The notes beneath the pieces are model-generated. The model searched no databases, was not told the DNA's origin, and saw nothing but the letters and a program-made list of their open reading frames with translations. Of a DNA stretch of 64,000 nucleotides, positions 1-10,789 are shown piece after piece (position 1 is the stretch's first letter; every line of letters begins with the position of its first letter). The DNA is from Alkalispirochaeta sp. (lineage in GTDB: Bacteria; Spirochaetota; Spirochaetia; DSM-27196; Alkalispirochaetaceae), in the NCBI GenBank assembly GCA_965242725.1, contig CBDESZ010000018.1, positions 352,001 through 416,000 on the forward strand. The letters are read 5' to 3'. Made by a program: the position numbers and the translations under genes.

Positions 1-174
1 ACACGTCTCGACTGTACCATCGATTCCCGCGGGGCGGCCCCCCTGACGGTTCCCGGAACCGCGTTGAGAACATCCAAACGGGGAAAGGTGGTACACGTCA
101 CCTTCAGTTCCATCGACGACAAGACGCGCCACCGGCTGTTCAGAAAACTCATCCGTATCGGCACGCCTGAGTAA
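1..174 (+). CDS. C-terminal fragment of a gene entering the window; possibly a PilZ-like domain
   Basis: Frame 1 is open from base 1 to TAA 172-174: TRLDCTIDSRGAAPLTVPGTALRTSKRGKVVHVTFSSIDDKTRHRLFRKLIRIGTPE. The strand pattern followed by 'V.F..id...r..l' resembles a PilZ C-terminus. Confidence 0.45.
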   Translation, partial: TRLDCTIDSRGAAPLTVPGTALRTSKRGKVVHVTFSSIDDKTRHRLFRKLIRIGTPE

Positions 175-199
175 GGGGCGCCTCACAACCGGCGGCCGC

Positions 200-3100
200 T
201 CATTTCCGCGCAACGACGAGCATCGTGATGTCGTCGAACTGCTCATCCTCATAAATGTGGCTGAACTCGAGGTAGTCTTCTCCCTCTGGTTCACCTTCCC
301 GCTGTTCACCCTCGGAACGGGTTCCTTCCTTCACGACGGGATGAGAAAAATACGCGCCGTACTGGAGGAAATGCTCCTTCAGGAAATCGTGGACGATACG
401 ATCGATTTTGATACGATCCCCGTCCCCCGCGGCCGGGTCCGGAACGATGCGGAAAATACGTTCAATTGCCACTACCGCAAGGACCGAGTCCCGCACCGGG
501 TCTGTGGATGTTGAAAAGTCGAACTCCAGGACTTCAGACTCCAACGGGTTCATCAATCGCGTCAGACGGTACCGTTCCTTTCGGACCACCCTTTGGATGA
601 TCGTGTGAATGCGTTCATTGGAAAACTCCTCACCGTCCTCCCCCGGCTGAAGACCCTCTGCCACGGTGCCTTCGGTGATCATCTCTTCGGTGACGACGAA
701 GGTCTTCCAGTCGCTTCCCCTGAGGAGACGTTTCGCCTCCTCCAGGCCGTCGGTAAAAAGCAGGAGCATGTCGTCGACGGCGATCTGCTGGGTCGCCTGG
801 GGAAACTGTATCGGCAGGTCGGCGCTTGAAAAGGTTCCCGCCGCAGGGCCGCCTGGAATTGTAAGTTCTTCAACGGCAGATAGATCCCGTCTGAAGATAT
901 GCAGTTTCACATCGCCGGCATTGGCCGTATAGAAGGCTCCCTTCCGGGTATCCAGAATCCCAACGGTAAGTGCCGCAAAGCGCCCCTTGAACTGCCGCTC
1001 CGCGACGGTGTCGTTTATGCGCAGCACCAGGGACGAGAGGTCGATTCCCGGACTGGTGAGTTTCCAGTTTCGAAAATAGTCATTGAACATCGTGGCAACC
1101 TGCACCATGATCAGCGCCGCGGGAATTCCCTTACCCGCCACGTCGCACTTGATCACCGCAACAAACCGTTCATCAAGCACCTGGTAGGCAAAGTAGTCTC
1201 CGGACACCCCCTTTGCCCCTCGTAGTATCCGAAGAAGCGGGCGTGGGACGTCTCCATCGCTCCATAGGTCTTCTTACGATCGTCACTTATACGTTCAAGC
1301 GGTATAAAGGCTTTCTGCGTCTCCTTACCGAACAACAGGTCCTTTGATGTCTCCGCCCCTTTGACGAGTCCCTCTATCATTTGATTGATCGACGTCGCAA
1401 GCTGCTGCAGCTCGTCCCTGCTCGTGAGAGAGAGGGCGCGTCCCTTGAGGGTCGCCTTGTCCTCGGTGGCGGTAATCTCTTCAACGAGCCCCACCAGTCG
1501 GAGAATCGGGCGTACAACGATTGTCGCCAGAAGATAGGCGCCCAGAATCCCGACACCGACGGCGGCGGCGGCGATAATCATCGTTGTAATGATCAGATCT
1601 CTTCTTGTCCGGTCTATTTCGTCTATTATCAATTGTGTGGAGATACCCACCCTGATCGTCCCGCGATAGTAGTTCCGGAAGTCCGCCCCGGCACCGGGCA
1701 CGATGGCCAGAACGGGTTTGTAGAAGAGGTAGGTCGTCACGTCCCGGCGAAGGTCGGCAAAGTCGAATTGCGGTTCGCTCCGGATAGGCCCGGCGATTTC
1801 CTCAAGTCGCTCCCGCCCGCGCCGCAGGAGCTCCGTCCGTATCTGGTCGATGCGCTCAATCTCACCGTCCGGCGCGCCCTGAAGGATGAGCTGCTGCGCC
1901 TGCTGCGTCAGTTGTTCCAGTTCCACGGCGATATCACCGACTTCTCCGGCAGCCTGTGCGTTGAGGCGTTCCGCCAGTGCCTCAATGCTGCCGCTTATGT
2001 GGTCATTGAGGCGGGATACGCCGATCACGTACGAATCGGTATCGATACGGTCCTGATTACCTTCTATGACGGCGGGATCGGTGGTAGCGTAAATCGTCTG
2101 AAGCGCCCCCTGCCGATCGATTCCTGTAATGGAAACGTACAGCGCTTCCGTCATCGCCTCACCCTGGTTGGCAAGATTCTGGAGCTGGTCAAGATTGAGC
2201 TGGGGATTTTCCAGGGCCGGTCTCGCTCCCGTCACCTGCCCCTCGACAAGGAGCTCAATACGCTCCTGGAGACCTTCCACGAGAATCCGCTCCTGCCGTT
2301 CAAGGACGTTTCTCCCCAACACCACCGCGACGAGTACGACGACGCCGATGACGAGGAGTACGACGAAAAACATGAATTTAATGCGCAGCCCCAGCCAATG
2401 TACCTTCATCTGCAATGCCCTCTCTCTCTGTGCCCGCCGTTGTTCCGCATCCACGACCGCGCTTCCCCTGATAAGGATCGTCGCTTCCCGTCCGAGTCCC
2501 ACCATTTCGCGTGCGATGACGGTGAGTCGCAGTGCCGAAAAGAGAATAAGCGCGACCGATCCCGACAGAATCAGGACAAATATGACGTCCTGAATCGACC
2601 GCTCCACCGGTGCCTCACCCCAACGATAGCGCGGCTCAAAGACGGGGGTGAAGTCTCCGTACCGTATCGTCCCGCGTTCATTCAGGGTGAAACGATCAGG
2701 GGAGAAATAGAGACCCCGTTCAGGATGCACAAGCCCGACAAGATAGGTTGCGGTTTCCACGTCGGCAATTTCGATTCCCGTTATACGCCGGTCGTCCGGC
2801 ACCGAAAACTGGTCCTGCCACGCATTGAACTCGTAGTCGTACGGCTGCGCCCCGTCACGGTCTATCACGACGCGATCGACGACGCCGTTGCTCCGGAATC
2901 CACGGCCGGTGATGTCGAGGCGGTACCGGCCGACCAGGTCCCTGGCGATATTGAGGGAATGGACCTGCGTGGTAGGAACAAACTTGTTCAACCTGAGAGG
3001 CATGCTCCGCGGCGGCCCCACATTGCCCACCCCGTCGACAGCCGCCACCGTCAGAAGCCACACGCCGTCGGCAAGGTTTCTGCCCCCCGTAACGGGTGAA

Positions 3101-4857
3101 GTGTGTGTCACCCGCTGGGACACCGCCGGCGCGTCAATGGGTTGTTGCCCCCCGTCGCTCACCGGGAGCGTGCGTGCAAGTTGATCGGCACCGTCACCAA
3201 GATAGTCGAGACGGACGCTGTATCCCCCCAGATCCTCTTCTTCTTCCGGTGGTTCCCATCGTACCTGGAAGGTATTGGAAACGAGATAGCCGTTTTCATC
3301 GACCGGAGGCGGCGGAAAGGTGACCGGTCCGGGGGGAGTGTTGTCAAGATAGAAGGTGACCGTCGTCGGAGGAGACCAGTTTCCCGCAAAGTCGGTCGCT
3401 CTCACCTTCAGGTACCAGGGGCCGTCCTCGTCCGCCTGGAGCGAAACGGTCCGCTCCGGGACCCGTATCTCCAGAGAGGGGGATACCTCCGCTTCGGGGT
3501 CACGGGACCAGGTGTAGCTGTATCCCCGTATCCCCGATGCGTCCGCGGGGTCTTCAAAACGAAACGCCGCACGGGGGGTACCGCTTCGCTCGCCGATACG
3601 GAAGTTCTCGCCCCGAACGACGGGCGGCTCGACGCTCTGGTCGGGTTCCAGATATACCACTTCAGCGCCGTCCTCCCCGGCCCGCCGCTGCCAGACGATG
3701 TGGAGCCTTCCGTCGTGGCTCACTCCTTCGGCGAATATCGCCTCTCCTATCGCGGGACTGAGTCGCTGGGGGACCCATCGAAAACCGTCACGTCGGCCGA
3801 GAACGACGCGGCTGTTTCCCTGGGGGTTTGTAAACCACGTGATGACCGGTTCCGACCCGTCAAAGACGATTCGTGGTGACCTGGCAAGCTCCAGCCGACC
3901 CGTCACTTCCTCGATCAAACCGTTGGGGGTACCGTCAAAATCGAGACCCATTACATAGATCTGGGGGCTGCCGGCGATGTATCGCCGCTCCCACGCCAGG
4001 AGGAGCTGCCCGTTTTCCTCGTCAACGACGATATGGGGGCGCTGATTGTCAAAAAGATTCGCGTCGTCCGAGAGTGATGGGTCGACGAAGGTGGTGAGGC
4101 GGGTATTTTCGGACCACGTCGTACCGCCGTCGTCGCTCATCTTGAGATAGAGCTGATAGGTGCTCCTCCTGGTGATATTCAGCCCCTGATAGACGACGTA
4201 CTCGCGGCCGTTGTGGGCAACATGGGTCGGAATGAAGGTCAGGCCGACGTCACGGTCGGAATCCAGGGGCCGCGGCTCCGTCCACGATTGATCATCCCGG
4301 GACCGTATATAGACAACCTGCTGCCGTCCTTCAAGATTCTGGTTTACGAAGAGAATAATCCGACCCTCCGCGGTAACCGACAGCGTCGGAGCCACATTGG
4401 CGCGGGGTGTCCTCAATTCGTGAACGGGAGAGAACGTCAGAGACTCTATGTCTCCGCGATACACCACCGTCTGTTCCGCCGATTCCGTGACGGCGATATA
4501 CACCTCACCGTCTTCCGTGGCGACGACGGAATAGAGATGTGGCGGATTGCTGCCGGCATAGACAATGGGACCGATGATGCGCTCCGCGGTATGCCATTGT
4601 TTCCCGTCGGCGGACCATCGGGCGGAAATATGAATCCTCCCGCGTCCGTCATCGTCGGATTGTCGCAGCACCTCCTGGTAGAAGACGACCATTCTTTCAC
4701 CGACGGTGATGAGCCGGGGAAACCGTGATTCTCCCGTCGCAATCGCCCGGGGCGCCTCAAAGTATTCCGTACGCTGCGCATGGAGCAGGTGTGGTGCGTG
4801 CACGAGAAAGGTGAGGGTCACCGCTATCAGCATGAGCGTCGATTTTTTTCCCGCCAT
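200..4857 (-). pseudogene. Large membrane sensor phosphatase (signal peptide, BNR/propeller-like and Fn3-like extracytoplasmic region, TM, HAMP, SpoIIE/PP2C domain), split by an apparent 1-nt frameshift near 1216-1219 (possibly an assembly error)
   Basis: ORF 1153..4857 ends just after HAMP and 'GKETQKAFIP...FFGYYEG'. ORF 200..1207 carries PP2C motifs SGDYF, CDVAGKG, LLLFTDGL and FDDITML. One extra G restores YEGAKGVSGDYF. Confidence 0.85.
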
Positions 4858-7800
4858 TAGATTCCCAGCCTCAATGCGATACGTCGCCGGAGATCGACCA
4901 GGGGCGGATAGTTCTGATTGTCACCCTGTGTCAGCAGACGTTCCGCGATGGAAAGCGCCTGCAGCGCCTGTCCCTGACTGAAGAGCGTCTCGGCCCGCCG
5001 GAAGAGCTGTTCATCCGTTGTCGAAAGTGCAACTGCCGCTTCACCCCCGACCCTGATACGAAGACGGTCCAGAAGGAAGGCGGCCTCTTCGTTGGCCGGA
5101 TTGAGCTGAATGGCCTCTTCCAGGAGGGAAATCGCAACCAGCGCCTGATCGCGGTTTCCATCGCTGAGCCCGCGGGCGCGCTGAAACAGCGATGCCGCCT
5201 GACGCTGTTCCGCCTCATCAACCGGATCGGGGCGCAGATTGAGGGCTATTTCCAATCGACGCAGCTGCTCCTGCATTCCCGGATAGTCGGGATTTATTTC
5301 CGCAAGCACTTCCAGTTCACTGTACACTTCCAACGGCCCCGCTTCATCGAGACGTGCGATTGCCTGCCGGTAGCGCGATGCAAAGACCGTTTCAAAATCG
5401 TCGGCATTTCTGATTTGGGCTATTCGCAACTCCAGCATCCGGGCATCCCAGTTCAACGGGCGCACGTCACGGACATTACGCAGATTTTCCACCGCCCGGT
5501 CAAAGAGGACGTCCGCCCGTTCCTCTCTGCCCTCTTCAACGTTGGAGACTGCGAGATTGTAATCTTCCCGGGCAATGCTTAAATAGTTGCTCAAAATCGG
5601 ATAGAGGGGATCGGTCACCGCCAGTTCCCGTCCTTCTTCAAGACTCAGCGCGGCAGTCACCAGGCGAAGAAGACGATCAATCTCCGTATTGGCCGTCACA
5701 TTGGTCTGATCCCACGTAGCCTGCGCTTCGAGCAGGGCGTCCCGGGCGCCAAGGAACTCATCCCTGGTGTACATATTGTTGGCAATCGTCAACAGTTCCC
5801 GTACGCGCCGGACGACGATAATATTTTCAAGCTCCTGCAAGGCTGAACCGAGCTCCTGAATGCGCTCATCGACGACTCGTCTGAACTCCGCGTTTTCCCG
5901 CAGTTCCAGAGAATCGAAGTACGCCTCCCTGACGGCGTTGTAGTTTGCCTTAGCTGCGGAGACCTGCATCGAATCCATTGCCGCGCGCATGTCCGCCGTT
6001 CTCTCGAGAGCCGTTTCCACCAGTCGCTCCGACTCTGCAATGAGTTCTTCAGAAACGGCTGCTCCCTGACCCGCCCGATCCATGATAGCCGACAGATCAT
6101 CCTGAAGGGAGGCCAACCGATCTGTTTCGGCAACGACCGCGGCACCGGCACGTATGTACTGCTCCTCATTCCGGATCGTATCCAACGCCTCTGTGACGGT
6201 CGCGAGCCCCTCGCCGGCGCGTTCAAGAACGCTGCGGTATCCGACAAGCGCCTCGTCGGGATACCGGGCCACACGGATGATCTCGCCGCCTTCTCCACTT
6301 GTTTCCGCCACACCTTCATTGAGGGGAACCAGTTCCCCGAATTCATCCTCCATAAGCGCAACCGCCTGAGGTATGCCCTCGGTCTTCAGCGCGGCGATCC
6401 GTTGTACAAGCAACCGTTCCCGGTCGATCGCCCTGTTGGTGGCGGAAGTCCAGCGCACATCCGTCCCGGAGAGGTAGTCGTCCAGGAGGGTGCTCAGGTA
6501 ACCGTCGGGAAGTTCCCGGTACCGTTGTTCCACTTCGACCCACCGACTGCTGCCGTTCTGCAGTGCATCCACCACACCGGCGGTTGTGCGTTTCCGTTCC
6601 TCCAGGGATGCGAGCGTCGCGGGAACAGCCCCTGATTCGACGGGAACGGCGTTGAACGGAATCATCGCCGCCGCCACGTCGGTGAGGCTCTCTGCCGCGT
6701 CCGTCAACCCCGTAACGGTAACCATTTCCCGTCCGCCGTCGGGACTGTAATTTTCCGCAACCGTTTCCGGGGGCGGAATATCATCGAAGAGTCCGGCCAG
6801 CGCCGCCTCGTAGACGAGCCATTGCCGCGACTGATCGGCGGCGGCACGGAACTCCGCGGCGGCGAATTCAAAGGTATTCGCATCCATGGAGGACTCTCCC
6901 GTCTGGAGACGGTCCAGGGTCCTTTCACGGCCGGCGGCGATCAACGGTGCAAGCTGATCCCTGTACGCCTGTTCCACGGCGTACGCGAGTCCCTCTTCAC
7001 CGCGATGGGCGGGACGTCCACGGACGATCGTTTCCTGAAAGTTGAGGTACCAGTCTACTGGCCTGTCCGGGAAGAGGAGCGGAACCTGTGACCGTACCGC
7101 CGCAACCTCGACGGATATCCGTTCCACATCGCTGCGGACCTGGAAGAGTTCCTCCGCCTGTGACAGGAAGCCGTTCCGTATCGTTTCGTCGATTGTCGTC
7201 AGATCACCCGCCGCGGCCGTGCGGGCAAGCTCACCGCGTTCCCGATAGGGTTCCAGTCGCGCAAAAAATTCGTCCCGAATTATCCCGATTCGTGATATGA
7301 GGGCGTCCACGGTATCGATAAAGATGTCACCATATCCACGGGCTTCAAACCGGTCCCGTTGGAGCTCCCGGAGTGAAAAATAGATGTCCACCGCCTGCCG
7401 ATACTCCCGGGATGCCAGGTGGCGCGCCGCCTCATCCATTCGCTCGTCGACGATATTTCGGTCGTATGCAAGTTGTGCGACGATACGGGCATCTTCTATT
7501 TGACTGATTACCCGTTCATTGGGAAACTCATCGAGAGCTTCCATTTGATCTATAATGTGAAGCGTCCTCTCTATGTCGTCGGGATTATTCACGAGATTGT
7601 CTATGAGCTGGTCGAAAAGCACCGTGTACTCACCGCGAATTTCCCGAATCGTCCGCAGCAGCGCCTCCGCCTGATGAATGCGTTCCGGGTCTTCCCGTAC
7701 CGTCTGCTCCAGGAGGAGTATCGCTTCATTTATACGATTTTCCCCTACAAGCTGACGCGCCGTTCGTATCGGGTCCTCCGATTGGCCCCGGCCGGCCAGC

Positions 7801-7862
7801 GAAAAGGGTATGAGAATGGTAAATAATATGGAGAAAAGTGTGATCGTTACGTTTTTGTGCAT
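4857..7862 (-). CDS. Exported helical/TPR-repeat hypothetical protein (1001 aa)
   Basis: N-terminal signal peptide, TPR-like segments (AILLLEQTVREDPE, LLEEAIQLNPANEEA); its stop overlaps the start of the downstream SpoIIE gene at 4857. Confidence 0.7.
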   Translation of the reverse strand: MHKNVTITLFSILFTILIPFSLAGRGQSEDPIRTARQLVGENRINEAILLLEQTVREDPERIHQAEALLRTIREIRGEYTVLFDQLIDNLVNNPDDIERTLHIIDQMEALDEFPNERVISQIEDARIVAQLAYDRNIVDERMDEAARHLASREYRQAVDIYFSLRELQRDRFEARGYGDIFIDTVDALISRIGIIRDEFFARLEPYRERGELARTAAAGDLTTIDETIRNGFLSQAEELFQVRSDVERISVEVAAVRSQVPLLFPDRPVDWYLNFQETIVRGRPAHRGEEGLAYAVEQAYRDQLAPLIAAGRERTLDRLQTGESSMDANTFEFAAAEFRAAADQSRQWLVYEAALAGLFDDIPPPETVAENYSPDGGREMVTVTGLTDAAESLTDVAAAMIPFNAVPVESGAVPATLASLEERKRTTAGVVDALQNGSSRWVEVEQRYRELPDGYLSTLLDDYLSGTDVRWTSATNRAIDRERLLVQRIAALKTEGIPQAVALMEDEFGELVPLNEGVAETSGEGGEIIRVARYPDEALVGYRSVLERAGEGLATVTEALDTIRNEEQYIRAGAAVVAETDRLASLQDDLSAIMDRAGQGAAVSEELIAESERLVETALERTADMRAAMDSMQVSAAKANYNAVREAYFDSLELRENAEFRRVVDERIQELGSALQELENIIVVRRVRELLTIANNMYTRDEFLGARDALLEAQATWDQTNVTANTEIDRLLRLVTAALSLEEGRELAVTDPLYPILSNYLSIAREDYNLAVSNVEEGREERADVLFDRAVENLRNVRDVRPLNWDARMLELRIAQIRNADDFETVFASRYRQAIARLDEAGPLEVYSELEVLAEINPDYPGMQEQLRRLEIALNLRPDPVDEAEQRQAASLFQRARGLSDGNRDQALVAISLLEEAIQLNPANEEAAFLLDRLRIRVGGEAAVALSTTDEQLFRRAETLFSQGQALQALSIAERLLTQGDNQNYPPLVDLRRRIALRLGI

Positions 7863-7956
7863 CCCCTACCCGTCAACAGTTTATCACCGTGACACTGTAT
7901 TCGCCATACCGGTATGCCGATACCCCTTATAGAATAATCGACCACGACGGGATACA

Positions 7957-9249
7957 ATGAAGCGTAAGGTGAAGGGCCAGACAAACCAATTCCGACTCAC
8001 GATTATCCTCTTCTCGGTATTCTCAGGAATTGCTGCGTCTCTTTCCGCAGCCGGCGTCCCCGAGGACGCGTTCAGCACGTGGTACGGGGATATCACCGGC
8101 GATTACCGTACCGGGGAGGTCGACAACACCGGCCTGACCGTCTTCCCCACCCTCGAGATCCCCATGGGTGGTGAATACGAAGCCCTCGGATCGGCGTATG
8201 TCGCCGCCGCCAGGGATATTACCTACCTTGAGGCAAACCCGGCGGCGAGCTCCTCCCTCAATACCACAGAGCTCGCCGTCTTTCACAATAACCTCATCGC
8301 CGACACCAATATGGAAAGTGTGGCCTATACCACCCGGGTCAACAACTTCGGCATGGGCATGGGTGTGAAATATCTTCACGTTCCCTTTACCGAGTACGAC
8401 GACTTCGGCGTCCAGCAGGCAACGGCACGATACAGTGAGGGCATTGTCACCTTCAATGGCTCGTACAATTTTTTCAACAGCTTTTATTTCAGCGGTATTT
8501 CCGCCGGAACCAACATCAAGGCGGCCTATCGCAGGATTCCGGACGTTATCGTTCCCGGCCAATCGGCTGCATCGGTCATGGCCGACGTCGGGCTCATGAC
8601 GCGAATGAACGTCCTGAAATTCTTTCCGTCCCGGAGCAGAAACTTTACCATCGGGACGGTCTTGCGCAATGTAGGCCCCACCGTCCTCGGAGAGCCACTG
8701 CCGACGTCGTGGAACAGCGGCATTTCCTATTCACCGATCCGCCCCCTTCTCCTCTCCGCCGACATCAATGTCCCCCTTTTGCCCTTTTCCGATACACCCA
8801 CGCCGCCGATCGGCTACGGCATCGGAGGCGCCGCGACGATCACGGACTTTTTCACCATTCGGGGAGGGTATCAGCTGAAGGGAGGTAATCCCCGGGTGAG
8901 CATGGGCGGAAGCGTACGCTTCCAGGATGTGACGGTTGCGGTAAATTACACACTGGATATGACGACGCAACTCGCCGCGTTTGACCGATTCAGCCTGCAA
9001 GCCGGCTTTTCCCTGGGAGATCGGGGACGTTCAGCGCGGGATCACACAGTTCGCTCCTATTATCTTGATGCCCTGGAGGCGTTTGCCGTCGGGGATCTGG
9101 AAGAGACGATTGAGCTCACTGAGCGGGCACTTGAAATAGACAAGACCTTCCAGCCTGCGGCGGAAACGCTCCACATGGCGCGTCAAATGCTGGAACTGCA
9201 GCTTCAAATGGAGCGGGTACGTCTGGAAGATCCCGAGCCCGAAGACTAA
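7957..9249 (+). CDS. UPF0164 family (TP0858/FadL/PorV-like) outer-membrane beta-barrel protein with C-terminal TPR
   Basis: Signal peptide; 'FPTLEIPMGGEYEALGSAYVA...EANPAAS' hatch motif; alternating beta-strands; C-terminal TPR (YYLDALEAFAVGDLEETIELTERALEIDKTFQPA). Confidence 0.8.
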   Translation: MKRKVKGQTNQFRLTIILFSVFSGIAASLSAAGVPEDAFSTWYGDITGDYRTGEVDNTGLTVFPTLEIPMGGEYEALGSAYVAAARDITYLEANPAASSSLNTTELAVFHNNLIADTNMESVAYTTRVNNFGMGMGVKYLHVPFTEYDDFGVQQATARYSEGIVTFNGSYNFFNSFYFSGISAGTNIKAAYRRIPDVIVPGQSAASVMADVGLMTRMNVLKFFPSRSRNFTIGTVLRNVGPTVLGEPLPTSWNSGISYSPIRPLLLSADINVPLLPFSDTPTPPIGYGIGGAATITDFFTIRGGYQLKGGNPRVSMGGSVRFQDVTVAVNYTLDMTTQLAAFDRFSLQAGFSLGDRGRSARDHTVRSYYLDALEAFAVGDLEETIELTERALEIDKTFQPAAETLHMARQMLELQLQMERVRLEDPEPED

Positions 9250-9267
9250 GAGTCCTCCTCGTTCCGG

Positions 9268-10080
9268 TCACGTTCCCCGCATGAGAGACCGAATACGCGC
9301 GACGATGCCGCGTTTTTTTTCACCTTCGTCCGTGACGATGGTCGCACTTGCCTGGGGAATGGAGAGTTCCCTGTCGGAGATCACAATATACACAAGGGTC
9401 CGTTTGAAAACCGATGCCCCGTCGCCGGATCCCGACGATGTCCCCACCGTCCGCCCGAAGATTCCGGCATAACTCATTTCAATTCCGTTCACCAGAACGG
9501 TACCCCGTCCCTTTCCGGAAAGAAGTGCCGATGACAGCGCCGCCGCCGGCGGATCAAGAACCGGCGTCTTCCGTCCTTGTTCGTTTTCCCCTGTTTCTGC
9601 CCACCCCGCGCTGGTATAGAGCACCGATCCGGCCCCCGAGAGGACGATAATGTGGTGGTCCCCTATATTCCGCATTATTGTCTCGATGAGCGTCTTTTGC
9701 GCCTTGATCCGTCCACTCTTTACCGTCGACAACCGGGACAACTCGTTGCCGTATTCCTGGATAAGTGCTCCGAGCCGGGAAAATTCTCCGACGCCGGTTA
9801 TCCCGTCCCCGCTTTTTCCGCTCGCCCTTACCTTTGAGAGTTCCCGTTCCAGCCGGTAGCTTCTCCGTGAGACGACAAAATACCACAGCGGAATAAAGAT
9901 AATGACAAGGGCGCCGATGCCCGCCGTTCCTTCAACAATCCATTGCCGGGAGGGTGAAACGTCCTGATAGACACGCATCAGGGTAAAGAGGGTGGCCCCG
10001 CCGCCGATCAGGCCGGGTACCACTCCGGCGAGTATCCAGCGCCGGGGTATCAGAAAGGTTGCCGGCTCGTTGGTTTTCAT
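9268..10080 (-). CDS. Hypothetical membrane protein (2 TM, possible degenerate HAMP/PAS-like region)
   Basis: ATG at 10080 (MKTNEP) lies 1 nt from the trkA stop; two hydrophobic segments near the N-terminus. Confidence 0.55.
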   Translation of the reverse strand: MKTNEPATFLIPRRWILAGVVPGLIGGGATLFTLMRVYQDVSPSRQWIVEGTAGIGALVIIFIPLWYFVVSRRSYRLERELSKVRASGKSGDGITGVGEFSRLGALIQEYGNELSRLSTVKSGRIKAQKTLIETIMRNIGDHHIIVLSGAGSVLYTSAGWAETGENEQGRKTPVLDPPAAALSSALLSGKGRGTVLVNGIEMSYAGIFGRTVGTSSGSGDGASVFKRTLVYIVISDRELSIPQASATIVTDEGEKKRGIVARIRSLMRGT

Positions 10081-10081
10081 C

Positions 10082-10774
10082 TTACCGGTCTTCCCTGGCG
10101 AATGCCGCGATGTCGTATTCCTGGCCGATGAGGAGGAGCCGATCGAGCTTCCCCACCACCGTCGCCGCCTCGGGCAGGACAAAGCGAGTCTGTGAAATTT
10201 CGTTGCCATCCTCGTCGGTCGTGAATTCCATGCGGCGAATACCGACGACATTTATCTTGAACCGTTTTCGCAGGTCCAGCTCCATGAGCGTCTTGCCCTG
10301 TATGGGCGAAGGAGGATCAACGGCGACAAACTGGTATGCATCTTCAAGGACCGCCAGACTTTCGAGGCCGCCCTGAACGAGTTCTCCAGCGAGGCGGTCC
10401 GCCGCCTGTGACTCAGGGTTTATGATACGGGTGACACCAAGCTTCTCAAGAATTTTGCGGTGGACCGTACTCACCGCACGGGCGTATATCAGCTCAACCC
10501 CGAGCTCCTGCAGATTCAGGGTGGTGATAACACTGCCTTCGGTGTGTTCACCGATCGCAACGATAACGGCATCGGCATCGGAAACGTCGGCCCGCTTCAG
10601 TATCGCCGGATCGGTACTGTCGCCGATCATTGCGCGGTCGACGACGTCTTTCATGAGCTCCACATTGTCGGCGATGCTGTCGACGGCAATTACCTCCGCG
10701 CCTGCCCGCTTCAATGACCTGCACAGAAATTGACCGAAGGTCCCAAGCCCAAGAACGACCACTTTCTTGCTCAT
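10082..10774 (-). CDS. ktrA: Potassium uptake regulatory subunit, TrkA/KtrA family (RCK_N + RCK_C)
   Basis: VVLGLGTFG Rossmann motif, GDSTD, IYARAVS, INPE, LDLRKRFKINVVGI. Confidence 0.9.
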   Translation of the reverse strand: MSKKVVVLGLGTFGQFLCRSLKRAGAEVIAVDSIADNVELMKDVVDRAMIGDSTDPAILKRADVSDADAVIVAIGEHTEGSVITTLNLQELGVELIYARAVSTVHRKILEKLGVTRIINPESQAADRLAGELVQGGLESLAVLEDAYQFVAVDPPSPIQGKTLMELDLRKRFKINVVGIRRMEFTTDEDGNEISQTRFVLPEAATVVGKLDRLLLIGQEYDIAAFAREDR

Positions 10775-10789
10775 TCGTCTCCTCCATGC

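Noticed and set aside
1207..1225. Programmed -1 ribosomal frameshift in the SpoIIE gene
   Set aside because: No canonical slippery heptamer; a homopolymer indel is the simpler explanation.
1381..3099. 572-aa plus-strand ORF
   Set aside because: Antisense shadow of the SpoIIE sensor gene; no motifs; expected in GC-rich DNA.
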